From the IMG/VR virus record IMGVR_UViG_3300003962_000117: DNA of 64,000 nt; one strand, given 5' to 3'. Numbering within the stretch: position 1 is the stretch's first letter; the number at the start of each line of letters is the position of its first letter. This stretch comes from an uncultured virus (IMG/VR IMGVR_UViG_3300003962_000117). Taxonomy: Duplodnaviria > Heunggongvirae > Uroviricota > Caudoviricetes. A program made the translations under genes and the position numbers. Below are positions 20,030 to 30,556 of this stretch, one piece after another. A model generated the notes under the pieces. It worked only from the letters and a program-made list of their open reading frames with translations, made no database searches and was not told the DNA's origin.

Positions 20030-20518
20030 ATGGAAATAAAAATCATACGCGACATTAAGCTGGGCGAGAAGCTCAAGGAGAATCCTGCTGAGGGCGAAAG
20101 CGCCATCGAATATGAATTTGTCGCCAGAGCTGGAACAATCATCGGAAAGGACGAGGACGGGGTGGTATTCACCGAGCTCAAGGACGGAAAGAAAAAGCAA
20201 TTAGCTCCCGTCAAACCGGAATTAGCCGAAGAGGTCTGGAAGAAGGCTCAGGAGCAGCTTCCGGAAGTTGAGGAGCAGGAGCGCATTGACGGAATCAAAG
20301 AAGAGCTCTCGAAGATGATTATCGGCAACTGCCGCAAAGCCCAGTTATGGAAGATGGAAGAGCAGCTCAAATTCATGAAGGAGAACCCAAATACCGTCCT
20401 CCCGACTGAATTAGATTATGCCACAACCGTAGAAGTATTTGAAAGGGCTATCAGCAAATTCAAATTCAATCTACTCAAAAGGAAAAAGAAATTGGATGCA
20501 GAAAAAGGAGTCAAGTAA
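20030..20518 (+). CDS. hypothetical protein
   Basis: 162-aa ORF. Confidence 0.7.
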   Translation: MEIKIIRDIKLGEKLKENPAEGESAIEYEFVARAGTIIGKDEDGVVFTELKDGKKKQLAPVKPELAEEVWKKAQEQLPEVEEQERIDGIKEELSKMIIGNCRKAQLWKMEEQLKFMKENPNTVLPTELDYATTVEVFERAISKFKFNLLKRKKKLDAEKGVK

Positions 20519-20582
20519 AACTTATTAACAACCATAGAATTTGAATTGAATCGGATTATCTTAGCGGGCAAAAAACACCATC

Positions 20583-20999
20583 ATGACCACATCATTCCTC
20601 ATCGCATTAAACCACTTTTTCGCTGACTTCTTGTGCCAGACGGATAAGATGGCTGTCAATAAATCGAAGTCAATCAAGTGGCTCACCATTCACGCCTGCA
20701 CCTATATAATTGCAATGTGTCCGATGGGTCTTTATCTCGACCATTCAACTTACGGACATTTTATCGGCTGGGGCTGGGGAGTCGGCAGCTCATGGCTGGC
20801 AATAAATTTAATCCTGCATTGGATTACAGATTTTTTCACAAGCAAATGGACTGGCTATCTATATAAAAAACACTTGGCTGACCCCAAAGCAGAATGGATG
20901 TTTCAGCCCTACGTTCATTGGTTTTTTTGCGTAATTGGATTTGACCAGACCATTCACTTCGCCTGCTTATTCTTTACATATCAATGGCTGTCAGTATGA
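20583..20999 (+). CDS. DUF3307-like membrane protein
   Basis: HFFADFLCQT...H...HWITD...GFDQTIH. Confidence 0.8.
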   Translation: MTTSFLIALNHFFADFLCQTDKMAVNKSKSIKWLTIHACTYIIAMCPMGLYLDHSTYGHFIGWGWGVGSSWLAINLILHWITDFFTSKWTGYLYKKHLADPKAEWMFQPYVHWFFCVIGFDQTIHFACLFFTYQWLSV

Positions 21000-21313
21000 A
21001 ACAACCAACCATTAAAATAGCGGAGCGCAGGGGATTTCATCCGGAGTCAGTTGAGGTTCATTTGAACAAGTCAGCTATCGAGCTCATCAAGTCAGACTTC
21101 ATTGCTTTTTTTATGGGCGAAAATGGATTGGTCATGAGGATTCCCTCTGTAAAGGATAAGGCATATAAAATTTCAAAGCATACTCAAATTTACAAGAAGA
21201 AAGAATATAACTCCTCAGCCAAATTCACTCCTCTGGTAAAAAAGTCCAAGAAAATTATGGGCAAATATGCCATAGAGAGACGCGGCAATAATTTCAAACT
21301 CGCAAAACAATGA
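20996..21313 (+). CDS. hypothetical protein
   Basis: ATGA overlap. Confidence 0.6.
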   Translation: MKQPTIKIAERRGFHPESVEVHLNKSAIELIKSDFIAFFMGENGLVMRIPSVKDKAYKISKHTQIYKKKEYNSSAKFTPLVKKSKKIMGKYAIERRGNNFKLAKQ

Positions 21314-21549
21314 CCGGAACACCAAAACAAGAAGCGGACAGACTTTACGATAAATTTTGGGGATTAGTCCCGTCCCGCGCCATGCACTTCGACCGACATA
21401 AAATGCTGGCTAAGGATTGCGCCTTAGCTTGCGTGGAGGAAATTATGAAGAGCGCGGAAGAGAGTTGGAATGTTGACGATAAAAATTACGAGCATTCCGG
21501 CCATTCAAAATTCTGGCTCGAAGTAAAACTTGAATTATTACAAAAATGA
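21310..21549 (+). CDS. hypothetical phage protein
   Basis: TPKQEA...AKDCALACVEEI...FWLEVK motif; paralogous to next ORF. Confidence 0.65.
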   Translation: MTGTPKQEADRLYDKFWGLVPSRAMHFDRHKMLAKDCALACVEEIMKSAEESWNVDDKNYEHSGHSKFWLEVKLELLQK

Positions 21550-21965
21550 ACGACCCGAAAGAAATAGCTAAGGAGATTTTCAGTAAGTTTATGTCGCTTG
21601 CTCTTAAAAACTTCGACTGGATTCCCAAGAAGCATTTTGGTCTGGACATGGAGGCTATGGCGGAACTCACAAACTCCATCCAGCAGCAAGCCAAGCAGTC
21701 TGCCATGCTCTATTGTGATGGAATGCAGGAAGAGAGGAGGCGCGGAGTAGATATTGCCTATTCGTTTCGCAAAGACTATATCAAAAGTTTTGAATCTAAA
21801 AAGAAGGCTGGAGGAGCGTTAGCTACCATCGCGCATATTGACGAGGATAGAGCCGAATCGTGCAGATTGGTTGGCAATACAATTAGTGGCCACAATGCAC
21901 TATCGGTCGCTTTGAAGGAGGAGGATTACTGGATTCGGGTAAAATCGGAAATAGAAAAATTGTAA
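21546..21965 (+). CDS. hypothetical phage protein
   Basis: PKEIA...AKQSA...YWIRVKSEIEKL. Confidence 0.65.
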   Translation: MNDPKEIAKEIFSKFMSLALKNFDWIPKKHFGLDMEAMAELTNSIQQQAKQSAMLYCDGMQEERRRGVDIAYSFRKDYIKSFESKKKAGGALATIAHIDEDRAESCRLVGNTISGHNALSVALKEEDYWIRVKSEIEKL

Positions 21966-21967
21966 GC

Positions 21968-22228
21968 ATGATTGAGAAATACGAAGATATTCCAAAGGCG
22001 GATTTGCAACCCATGATTGACGAAATCATCGGGATGGTCTTGACCAGATTCAGGGGATTCGTGCATGATAGCAATGGAGAGCTTATCAATGAAGATGCCT
22101 TTTACAAAATAGAAAAGCACGTTCCATCTGGAAATATCGTTATTACTCCGACCGGAAAGAATGCCAAGAAAGAATTTTTCAATGATATAATGAACAAGGG
22201 AATGAAATCAACCGGAAAACTAAATTAA
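21968..22228 (+). CDS. hypothetical protein
   Basis: packed ORF. Confidence 0.6.
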   Translation: MIEKYEDIPKADLQPMIDEIIGMVLTRFRGFVHDSNGELINEDAFYKIEKHVPSGNIVITPTGKNAKKEFFNDIMNKGMKSTGKLN

Positions 22229-22234
22229 AGTATC

Positions 22235-22594
22235 ATGGCAACGAAAGTAAAAAAGCGATTAGATGTATTTTGCATTCCAACCGAGAAGCAAATACAAGCT
22301 CGACTCAAAGAACGCTACTACGAAGAAGAGCCTTTTGTTGGTGAGGATGGGAAAGTAGAAATGCTTGGCGGATGGAACATTAACGCGGTGACTCCGCATG
22401 AAGAAGGCATGAAATGGTTTAAAGATTTCATCCTTAATAAGAAGAAGGCTATAACACTTCCTGACTTATTCCTACATCAATATGATACCACTAAGCCGGA
22501 GGAGATGCGAAGCATTGATGTTATGGAGCTGGATTCATTTTTTGAAGGGATAAAGGATATGAGGGATATGATGTTTAATAAACCAAAAAAATAA
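22235..22594 (+). CDS. hypothetical protein
   Basis: packed ORF. Confidence 0.6.
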   Translation: MATKVKKRLDVFCIPTEKQIQARLKERYYEEEPFVGEDGKVEMLGGWNINAVTPHEEGMKWFKDFILNKKKAITLPDLFLHQYDTTKPEEMRSIDVMELDSFFEGIKDMRDMMFNKPKK

Positions 22595-22611
22595 AATGCT
22601 GACAAAAATGT

Positions 22612-22962
22612 TTGAAGTCAGACCGCGATACATTTATTCCGGTCATAGCCACTAAACTGACTCCAGACAGCAGGTGGAGGATGGGTTCAGAATTGCCGGA
22701 ACTGGAAGCAGAGAAATTCCTACTGGAGTGTGCTGGATATAGAGATGGCAGGCAATATATCCTCATTTCAAAAATAGAGGGCGGAAGCTGCATAAGTAAC
22801 TATACGCCTTTCGGGTGGGACAAGAAAGATGGCAGGACTATGTTCTGTGCGCATGAATTTATCGAACAGAATTTCGACTCCCTTGAGAGCGGAGAGGTGA
22901 TTGATGTCGAATATCTCCTCCGCGAGACAAAAGTAAAGAAGGGAACGCAGCGTATTTTTTAA
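22612..22962 (+). CDS. hypothetical phage protein
   Basis: DRDTFIPVIA...GEVIDVEYLLRET; start uncertain. Confidence 0.6.
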   Translation: MKSDRDTFIPVIATKLTPDSRWRMGSELPELEAEKFLLECAGYRDGRQYILISKIEGGSCISNYTPFGWDKKDGRTMFCAHEFIEQNFDSLESGEVIDVEYLLRETKVKKGTQRIF

Positions 22963-23121
22963 GCGGGCAAAATTATGACCAACAGAGACAGCATAAGAAA
23001 GTTAATGCCAAAAGACATGGTGATTAAGTTTGCCATACTGCTGATAATACTTATGCCGATAGCCTTTTTCAGCAAGCAGGCATTTATATCAATTCTCATC
23101 TATTAGGCTTTCGTGCTATTC

Positions 23122-23589
23122 ATGGAGGTCATGGAAAGAATCTTAATTGAAAAATTATCCAACAGGCGTGAAGTAAAACAAACCTTAGACCTCGAAATCG
23201 GAAAGACTGATGTAAAAACGGATTATATCTTGAAGCAGATATTTGTGGCACTATCAGTCTCTAATGAGAGGTATCTTCTTAATATGAGAATGCTCGTTGA
23301 TACTGGATTTACGGGAGACCTATCGCTACCCCCGTCTATAACCAAAAAACTCGGACTCAAACCGCAGAAAGATAAAATCACTATCATATCTTCAACCGGA
23401 AAGAAGGACTGTACTTATTATGTGACTGACTTAAAACTATCCCATAAAACTCTCAAGAACATAACAGTCATCGAATCCCAGACCGAAGAAGAGAGTTACG
23501 GAATCATTGGTCTGAGAATTATTTCTCAAGGCGAGCTTACTGTAAAGAAAGATGGGCGCGACTATAACTATTCATTCAAACTTAACTAA
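23122..23589 (+). CDS. retropepsin-like (clan AA) aspartic protease
   Basis: LVDTGFTGDL...KKLGL...GIIGL. Confidence 0.75.
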   Translation: MEVMERILIEKLSNRREVKQTLDLEIGKTDVKTDYILKQIFVALSVSNERYLLNMRMLVDTGFTGDLSLPPSITKKLGLKPQKDKITIISSTGKKDCTYYVTDLKLSHKTLKNITVIESQTEEESYGIIGLRIISQGELTVKKDGRDYNYSFKLN

Positions 23590-23596
23590 TAGCAGT

Positions 23597-23902
23597 ATGG
23601 ACGAAATTCATCTCAAACGAGTCATTGACACTACCGAGAAAAAGCGATTCAAGGAGGACTCTATCTACTTTTCTGATTACGGCCTGACAGCATCAAAAGG
23701 CGAGCAAGGGATGGGCGTAGCTCTTCATACAATGAAAGAAACCACGATAGATGGTAGTATTGCCATGAGCCTTAAAACAACGGAAATAATTATTCCGGAG
23801 AAAAGTGCCGAAGGGGTCTTGACATCTGCCCTCGAATCATTCGTGCGATTTTATTTACCAAATGGCAAATATGAAATTTTAATCACGAAGAAAAATGATT
23901 AG
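23597..23902 (+). CDS. hypothetical protein
   Basis: packed ORF. Confidence 0.6.
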   Translation: MDEIHLKRVIDTTEKKRFKEDSIYFSDYGLTASKGEQGMGVALHTMKETTIDGSIAMSLKTTEIIIPEKSAEGVLTSALESFVRFYLPNGKYEILITKKND

Positions 23903-24024
23903 GAAGATGCTCGCAAAAATAGCAGCGATAATAATTATCATCTCATCGCTGCTATCATCATGCCGGAGTCACAAACAATGTCCAGCATACGGGAATCAAT
24001 ATAAGTACAAAAGAAGATAGCATA

Positions 24025-24429
24025 ATGGAAGCGAAACCATTTTTAAGAGTAATTGATGAAATGGGGAAGAATCTTTTGGGTTCTTTTGACGACAGGAACA
24101 ATGCTCAATGCAATTCGATTAGAGCCGGATGGTGCGATAAGTTAATCCATATATCCGAATTATACTCGATACCATTTCATCAGGAATTAATACCGGAGAT
24201 ATTCAAATACTGGCACAAGTCTGAGTTCAGTAATGACTTTGTGAATGTGAAAGACGGCTGTATCTGGTTCAGGGATAGTCAATACACTATACGAACCGAT
24301 AAAAACAACCCGTTGACAGGAACCATCTTAATGACGCCAAGAACCGTTGATGACTTCGTAAATGATTGTAGTCGAGTTGGCATTGATTTATTCTGGAAAG
24401 AAGAAATAATAAATAAATACTTTAGATAA
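24025..24429 (+). CDS. hypothetical protein
   Basis: packed ORF. Confidence 0.65.
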   Translation: MEAKPFLRVIDEMGKNLLGSFDDRNNAQCNSIRAGWCDKLIHISELYSIPFHQELIPEIFKYWHKSEFSNDFVNVKDGCIWFRDSQYTIRTDKNNPLTGTILMTPRTVDDFVNDCSRVGIDLFWKEEIINKYFR

Positions 24430-24430
24430 T

Positions 24431-24784
24431 ATGAGCGAATTAGTCAAACACGAAGGCACTAAAGGTGTTTCAAAGCGATGGATTCCCGAAGGGCACGACT
24501 ATGTGCTGCATCTTGGAACTATGAAAAGAGCCGTTGTTGTAGCGAGATACTCAGGGAATTGGACTGATGCTGTCATGGGCAAAGGGAGTCACTACGGAAT
24601 CTCCCCAAGAAGTTTCTTTCCGTTTGCCGAAAAACAAATGGACAAGAAGTTCGATACGGCTCAGGAGGCGGTTGCTTATGCCGAAAGAATCGTATTGAAA
24701 TGGCTCAACTCTATAATGGTTGACATGAACTCATCAGGAAATACTGACGAAATCTCTGGCGGGCAAAAATTACTTTCCGAATAA
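24431..24784 (+). CDS. hypothetical protein
   Basis: packed ORF. Confidence 0.65.
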   Translation: MSELVKHEGTKGVSKRWIPEGHDYVLHLGTMKRAVVVARYSGNWTDAVMGKGSHYGISPRSFFPFAEKQMDKKFDTAQEAVAYAERIVLKWLNSIMVDMNSSGNTDEISGGQKLLSE

Positions 24785-24785
24785 A

Positions 24786-25238
24786 ATGAAAGACGTAATT
24801 GACAAACTAAACGAAGCCCTCCTGCCGCAGAACGAGCAATGCGATGGCGCTGTATGTATGGGCTGCTGGAAAGATGCTGTAAGAAGCGCTATCAAAATAC
24901 TTGAGAAAAAGCAAGATGCCTATGGCACTGGTAATACGGATTTCAGGAGATACGAAAAATATGTCGGCCAGTATGTAAAGCGATTTTATGCCCCATTCAA
25001 CGAAGCGAGTATTTGGAAAATAGGGTCTTACAGAGAGGTTACATACTTTGAAGATGGAAAGCCAACCGAACCAAGAGCTGAATTTCATTACTGGAAGGGT
25101 CAAGAAGAGTTCTGGGCTGACGTAGAGGACTCTGTAATCATAACCAACGAGCAGGACATTAGCGATGATGAGCGGGTTGCAAATGTGAAGCACCCCAGAT
25201 ACATTGGCTGGAATCCTTTTGATAAGACAATAGTATGA
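24786..25238 (+). CDS. hypothetical protein
   Basis: packed ORF. Confidence 0.65.
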   Translation: MKDVIDKLNEALLPQNEQCDGAVCMGCWKDAVRSAIKILEKKQDAYGTGNTDFRRYEKYVGQYVKRFYAPFNEASIWKIGSYREVTYFEDGKPTEPRAEFHYWKGQEEFWADVEDSVIITNEQDISDDERVANVKHPRYIGWNPFDKTIV

Positions 25239-25747
25239 CGGACATTGTTAAGAAAAATAAGAAGTTTGTAATTCCTGTGACCGACCTAATTCGGGAAGGA
25301 ACTATTTTAGTTACCAAGAGAAAGCCAGAAACGCTTCCGTTTCAAGAGAGATTTATTAGGTATGCTCATCTTGGCATTGCGGCTCTTGACGAAAATAACG
25401 AGTATATAGTGTATGACCTACATCCGGAGAACAAAAATAGTCATGGAGGAAATCTCGAAAAAAGAAAGGTGGTTGATTATATGAAGGATAAGGATTTGAT
25501 AGGGACATACCACACCAATGCCAGTTCAGAGCGTATCAAGGCGATTGCCGATAAGTGCTGGGGCGACCAATACAATAATTACCACTTCAACTGTCAAAAA
25601 TTTATTGACGACATTACGCTAAAAGAAATAAGGTCTGATTTATACAGCTATTATTCCGGAATAATCTTGCCTCTGGCCGCGCTTGGGGTAATTATTGTCG
25701 GTGGAATAATTTACTCACTTGCAAGTGGAACAAAAAAACAACAATGA
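25235..25747 (+). CDS. LRAT/permuted papain-like (NlpC/P60 clan) protein with C-terminal TM
   Basis: YAHLGI...YNNYHFNCQKF catalytic His/Cys pattern. Confidence 0.6.
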   Translation: MTDIVKKNKKFVIPVTDLIREGTILVTKRKPETLPFQERFIRYAHLGIAALDENNEYIVYDLHPENKNSHGGNLEKRKVVDYMKDKDLIGTYHTNASSERIKAIADKCWGDQYNNYHFNCQKFIDDITLKEIRSDLYSYYSGIILPLAALGVIIVGGIIYSLASGTKKQQ

Positions 25748-25892
25748 TGCAATACAAAAATCACAAGCCGAAGAAAGAAATAACTTGCGATTGCGGAAGA
25801 AAAACAACTAAGCAGATTAAAGGCAAGTGTCAGCTCTGCTATCAAAAATTGAAAGAGGAAAGAAAGGCGAGCAGACGCCAATACGATTTGAT

Positions 25893-26387
25893 ATGAGAAA
25901 CAATCCGATATACATATTCTTCATAACAGTCAAGTACAGGCTGGTGTCTCTATTTCGAGAAAAGCCGAAAAGTGGCTACTACTTATTCCTCGATGACCAG
26001 CGCATCCCAGACCGAGTTTTTAAATTCACTGGCGAAAATGAATACATTGATTTCAGGTGGACTATCGTTAGAAACTACGGTCAATTTGTTAAGACTATAA
26101 CCAAAAGAGGGCTTCCTCTGCTATGTAGCTTCGACCACGATTTAGGATTAGAGCATACGAAGTATTTTTTCGATAATGGCGGATATGCGAACCCTCCCGA
26201 CCCATTAAAAGCAAATTTCAAAGAGAGGCATGGGTACGATGCGGCTAAATGGATGTCTGACTTCTGTATAGACAACAACTTAAAGCTCCCTGAGTTTAGG
26301 GTTCACTCGAAGAATCCAACCGGAAGAGATAATATACTTTTCTATTTAACCAATCACATAAAACATTTAGAAAACAATAAGACATGA
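25893..26387 (+). CDS. cyclic-phosphate-processing receiver-like domain protein
   Basis: LFLDDQRIP, WTIVRNY, SFDHDLG, GYD, VHSKNP motifs. Confidence 0.7.
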   Translation: MRNNPIYIFFITVKYRLVSLFREKPKSGYYLFLDDQRIPDRVFKFTGENEYIDFRWTIVRNYGQFVKTITKRGLPLLCSFDHDLGLEHTKYFFDNGGYANPPDPLKANFKERHGYDAAKWMSDFCIDNNLKLPEFRVHSKNPTGRDNILFYLTNHIKHLENNKT

Positions 26388-26863
26388 AAACGGAATTACA
26401 AAAAGTCACATATAGGCAAGCCCTGCTGCTGGAAGATTTGGGATTCAAAGGTAGCAGCGATTCCGGCTATGACTTAGAGGGGAATTATGGAATCAGGGTT
26501 GGCGAAGATGGAGATACAATATGGTTTTTCCGCCCGAAGAAAGGTAAGCCGCATCACCAATACGACTTCAATCATGAAATAAAACTCACCCCAGCCCCAG
26601 AGGTTGCACTTGCAATTAAGTGGCTTCTGGAAAAGAAGAAAATATATGTCAAGGTATTTCCCATGAGAAGAAAAAGGTGGTACTCAAATGTGACACTATT
26701 GAAAAAATGGAAAGGTGGGTCGTCAATCGGCATGATTCATCATGGCATAGAGGGCTCTTTTGACAGCCACGATAAAGCCGAGAGCGCAGGACTCGATTTG
26801 GCACTAACGCATTTAGTAAACGAAAAAATAAGAAAGTCTTTCAGAAAAAAATCAAAAACATGA
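26384..26863 (+). CDS. hypothetical phage protein
   Basis: VTYRQALLLEDLGF...AP....AIKWL motif. Confidence 0.65.
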   Translation: MKTELQKVTYRQALLLEDLGFKGSSDSGYDLEGNYGIRVGEDGDTIWFFRPKKGKPHHQYDFNHEIKLTPAPEVALAIKWLLEKKKIYVKVFPMRRKRWYSNVTLLKKWKGGSSIGMIHHGIEGSFDSHDKAESAGLDLALTHLVNEKIRKSFRKKSKT

Positions 26864-27126
26864 AAAAGAAACCAAAGAACTACCAGTCGCTTTTCCCAAA
26901 TAAAAAGCTAACTAAAGCGGAGCAAGAATGGTGTCGAACCTACGAAGGGAATACCATGTTTGAACCAATATACACAGAAGCCGTGAAGGATGATTTAACT
27001 TTCATCGAAATGATTCGCAAAAATCACAACTGGCTTGAATGTCATACAGGTGACGCTATTAAGTCGTCAGAACAAGCCATGAGAAAACTTCCGTATTTTG
27101 AAAAAATAATATACAGACACAAATGA
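26860..27126 (+). CDS. hypothetical protein
   Basis: ATGA overlap. Confidence 0.6.
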   Translation: MKKKPKNYQSLFPNKKLTKAEQEWCRTYEGNTMFEPIYTEAVKDDLTFIEMIRKNHNWLECHTGDAIKSSEQAMRKLPYFEKIIYRHK

Positions 27127-27356
27127 TAAAATTTTTATCAAAGCTCTGGTGGTGCTACATCTGGAATCATCACTCTTGGACTTCCCCGATAGAGGAGAAG
27201 AAGGGCTGGGTGGATATGGAAAAAGTAAAACGCGAGGGAATAGTAAAATCCGTACTGGATGATGCGGAGCTTTACTGCAAAAGATGCGGCCATGTATCCG
27301 AAGTGGCCATAGAAAATCGGGCAAAAATAGAAAAATCATTAGCGGGCAAAAAATAG
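27123..27356 (+). CDS. hypothetical protein
   Basis: C...H.W...CKRCG. Confidence 0.6.
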   Translation: MIKFLSKLWWCYIWNHHSWTSPIEEKKGWVDMEKVKREGIVKSVLDDAELYCKRCGHVSEVAIENRAKIEKSLAGKK

Positions 27357-27362
27357 AAAATC

Positions 27363-27632
27363 ATGACAGAAGAATTTTTAAACAAGGTTTATGACCTCCT
27401 CGTGAGCATAGGGGGCGCAGACGACTCCAATAATTTAAGGAGTTCCTTCATCTATAACCACAAGGATAGCAGGCATATCTGCAAAGAATGGCGCTTTGCC
27501 GGAAAGCTCGGATTCGGAGGAAAGTATTGGAGCGAAACCAATACGATTGATTGCTATCCGGAAGATGAAAATCCAGAAAGACTTGAAATCATCAAAACCC
27601 TTAACATTGAATTAAAAAAATTGTTAGCATGA
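27363..27632 (+). CDS. hypothetical protein
   Basis: EWRFAGKLGFGGK. Confidence 0.65.
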   Translation: MTEEFLNKVYDLLVSIGGADDSNNLRSSFIYNHKDSRHICKEWRFAGKLGFGGKYWSETNTIDCYPEDENPERLEIIKTLNIELKKLLA

Positions 27633-28318
27633 ATCGCGAAAAAGCCATAAAGCTGGCCAAGAAGCTAAAAGCCCTTTCCGAGCGCGGGGTAGAGGGAGAG
27701 AGGCATAGTGCAAAGCAGAAATTTGATGCTATCGTTGACAAGTACGGCCTCATGCCGGATGAAATCGGAGACACCATGAAGGTGTTCGAGCGCACAACCT
27801 TAAATGAAGGCAGCGTCATTCTTGAGCACATAATAAAATCGGTTGTTCCGGAAGCAAAAATATTTGTCAAGCAGATTAAATCAAAATTAATTATTGAATG
27901 TGAAATGTCTGACATTGAGTACAGGGAGGTGAATCAAAAATACAGGTGCTTTTGGAAGGGGTATAATAAGGGGCGCAAGTTATACTTGTCCGCTTTCGTA
28001 AACAAGAACTTCCAGCACTTGAAACCAGCCAAAAAGCACGAATCGAAACACGGTGGCTTCGATGTCGGAAAAATGGGTCAGGAATTTTCAGAGCCACCAC
28101 CCCCACCGCAGCAGGAAGAGCAGCCAACAGTAACAACTGAATCGAGCGCTGGCAATAGTAGTGGTCAGCCAAAGAAAAGAGACTTGACAAGAGAAGAGAC
28201 GATTAAGGTAAGAAAGATGATGGAGGCTCTCGATAAAGTGGATTACGAATCAATATTAAATGCCCTCGACAGCGACAATAAACCAAATAAAGACAACGAC
28301 TATGCCTCAAGCGAATGA
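27629..28318 (+). CDS. DUF2786-like N-terminal domain protein
   Basis: KKLKALSERGVEGERHSA...KYGL. Confidence 0.6.
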   Translation: MNREKAIKLAKKLKALSERGVEGERHSAKQKFDAIVDKYGLMPDEIGDTMKVFERTTLNEGSVILEHIIKSVVPEAKIFVKQIKSKLIIECEMSDIEYREVNQKYRCFWKGYNKGRKLYLSAFVNKNFQHLKPAKKHESKHGGFDVGKMGQEFSEPPPPPQQEEQPTVTTESSAGNSSGQPKKRDLTREETIKVRKMMEALDKVDYESILNALDSDNKPNKDNDYASSE

Positions 28319-28712
28319 TAGAAATGATGACGCAAAGCTCCCCTATTACGTCATCGCCAAATTCAATGGACTGACCAGAGCGAATCCGGATGACGATACG
28401 GTCTGGGTCAATGCAAAGGGCGAGCGGTTCGTGCTCGGAAAATTGGGCTTCTCCAGCGCCATACAGCACAGCTACATCTACTTATATAATAATCTCAAGA
28501 GAGAGTTCGACAAGTTGACCGCAGAGCACTCCGAGCTCAAATCGAGGCACGAGAATGTACTAAAGAATTACTCACCGCAGGATGCTCTCGGCAAAGGCTC
28601 AAGGAAGAAAATAAAATCCATTCTGAACTCCCCCAACTACCGGACAATAGAAGAGCGGTTCGAGGCGATAAAGAGGTATCTCAAGATGCCAGAGGACTTT
28701 AATGAGATTTAA
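28302..28712 (+). CDS. hypothetical protein
   Basis: packed ORF. Confidence 0.6.
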   Translation: MPQANDRNDDAKLPYYVIAKFNGLTRANPDDDTVWVNAKGERFVLGKLGFSSAIQHSYIYLYNNLKREFDKLTAEHSELKSRHENVLKNYSPQDALGKGSRKKIKSILNSPNYRTIEERFEAIKRYLKMPEDFNEI

Positions 28713-28764
28713 AGTTATTAACAATCGCAGAATAAAAAGATTTTTACATTAATTTTACCCCATT

Positions 28765-28962
28765 ATGGGAAAAGTTAGGACAAAGTGGTCGCCCAAAAAT
28801 AGGGCAAAAATAACAGAGGGTTCTATTCCAGAACTGCGAATAAAAAATCCTACTTTAGATGAATATATTTTCATTGCGACTCTTGCCCAACAAGGAATGA
28901 GAAGCATTCCAGACCAAATGAGATTAATAATTAAAGAGTATAAAAAATCATTACAACAATAA
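28765..28962 (+). CDS. small protein, possible ribbon-helix-helix regulator
   Basis: strand-helix-helix pattern ending RSIPDQMRLIIKEY. Confidence 0.45.
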   Translation: MGKVRTKWSPKNRAKITEGSIPELRIKNPTLDEYIFIATLAQQGMRSIPDQMRLIIKEYKKSLQQ

Positions 28963-28963
28963 T

Positions 28964-29527
28964 ATGAGAGCTCTTCCATTAATATTTTTTATTCTGCTCC
29001 TTGTCGGAACTTATTCCTTTCAACAAGAGCCCTGTGGCGGAAGAGATAGATGGGATATTAAAAATTTAACAGACGAATCCATCGGAAAAGTAAACTTCAA
29101 GCCAATCACAACCACTGTTGATTCACTAAGAAAGATAGAGCCGGAGAAAAAGGTTGGAGACAATACGGGGAGATTTGGAATCGAGTTTAATACATACGAA
29201 ATTAATTGCAAAATCAGAGAGTATGTTAAAGAGGATGATGGCGACTACCACTTAGTTCTCATGGATTTATCCGATACTTCCAAGACTATGATTGGAGAGA
29301 TTCCAGACCCATCATGTCCATCTGTCGCTAAAAGCAAGCACGCTAAAAAGTTTTCATCTACAAGGAAGTATTTTGAAGATAATGTAAGATTGAAAGGCAG
29401 GAAAGTTAGGTATGGGATATATAAAATCAGGGGAGTTGCTTTTTATGACCAGCCGCATAAACAACTGGGGGTCGCCCCTAATGCCATAGAGCTTCATCCG
29501 ATTTTATCATTAAAAAAGATAAAATAG
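28964..29527 (+). CDS. secreted OB-fold-like protein
   Basis: signal peptide; RWDIK, EDDGDYHLVL, ELHPI motifs. Confidence 0.65.
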   Translation: MRALPLIFFILLLVGTYSFQQEPCGGRDRWDIKNLTDESIGKVNFKPITTTVDSLRKIEPEKKVGDNTGRFGIEFNTYEINCKIREYVKEDDGDYHLVLMDLSDTSKTMIGEIPDPSCPSVAKSKHAKKFSSTRKYFEDNVRLKGRKVRYGIYKIRGVAFYDQPHKQLGVAPNAIELHPILSLKKIK

Positions 29528-29528
29528 A

Positions 29529-30203
29529 ATGCCGTACAAGGATAAAGAAAAAGAAAGGAAAGCAAAGAAGAAGTATCGCCTTCTCCATCTGGAAGAAATT
29601 AGAATTAAAAAGAGGCAATATCGTATTTTAAATGACAAGAAGATTAAAGCAAAAAAGAAAATATATCATATAAAAAACAGAGTTCGCATTAATGAAAAAT
29701 CAAAATTATACAGGATAAAAAATCGCGCTTTGCTTAGAATAAAAGATAGCATCCGAAATAAAAGCCAAAAGAGACGACTATATTGGCGTGTTCGCTATAC
29801 CAAGAATAGAGGAAAATTATTAGAACAAAAGAGGGAATATCACCAGAGAAATAAACACAAGAGGTCGGCTTATCGTAAAAAATACAAGAACACGATTAAT
29901 GGCAGAATAATAATCAGGCTGAACAACTTAAAGAGAAAGAGCAAAATAAAACGAGTTTCTGACGGAAGCATAAATCATGGGGCGATAATGAAAAAATTAG
30001 TTGAACAAAATATGAAATGCGTCTATTGCCCAAAAAATATTAAAATTAATTTTCATATAGACCATAAAACTCCTTTAATTCGAGGAGGTAAGCATACTAT
30101 ATCAAATGCTCAATTATTATGCCCTCCTTGTAATTTAAGGAAGAAGCACAGGACTCACAGGGAGTTTTTACATATTCTGAAAAATCAAAAAAAAGTAAAA
30201 TAA
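29529..30203 (+). CDS. HNH homing endonuclease
   Basis: basic repeats then CVYC..HIDHKTPL.RGGKH..SN...CPPCNLRK. Confidence 0.85.
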   Translation: MPYKDKEKERKAKKKYRLLHLEEIRIKKRQYRILNDKKIKAKKKIYHIKNRVRINEKSKLYRIKNRALLRIKDSIRNKSQKRRLYWRVRYTKNRGKLLEQKREYHQRNKHKRSAYRKKYKNTINGRIIIRLNNLKRKSKIKRVSDGSINHGAIMKKLVEQNMKCVYCPKNIKINFHIDHKTPLIRGGKHTISNAQLLCPPCNLRKKHRTHREFLHILKNQKKVK

Positions 30204-30334
30204 TATGCACTACTGTTTTATACAGAAGAAAAAAGTTTACGGCTGCGACCACTACGATTGTAATAACAAGAAAGATGGCCGCAAAGTTGGAACCAAAATA
30301 GAAGGCATGAGGTATTGTCTGGTCGCCAAGACTC

Positions 30335-30556
30335 ATGTATATAGCTGCGACCATCATCAATGTAATTAAAAAAATGACACCGGAAAAATTATTGAGCACG
30401 ATTGAGCGCCATGAAATTAAACCCATTGAAGTATGGGATAGGCTCCCATATTCAACCAAGATTCTCTATTGCGAAAGAGCTATTGAATCGGAGGACTGGG
30501 TGAACATCTTGTCTAAGCGTGGAGTTGAAGCTGGGCTGAATGAAGTTGCTGCATGA
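30335..30556 (+). CDS. hypothetical protein
   Basis: packed ORF. Confidence 0.5.
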   Translation: MYIAATIINVIKKMTPEKLLSTIERHEIKPIEVWDRLPYSTKILYCERAIESEDWVNILSKRGVEAGLNEVAA

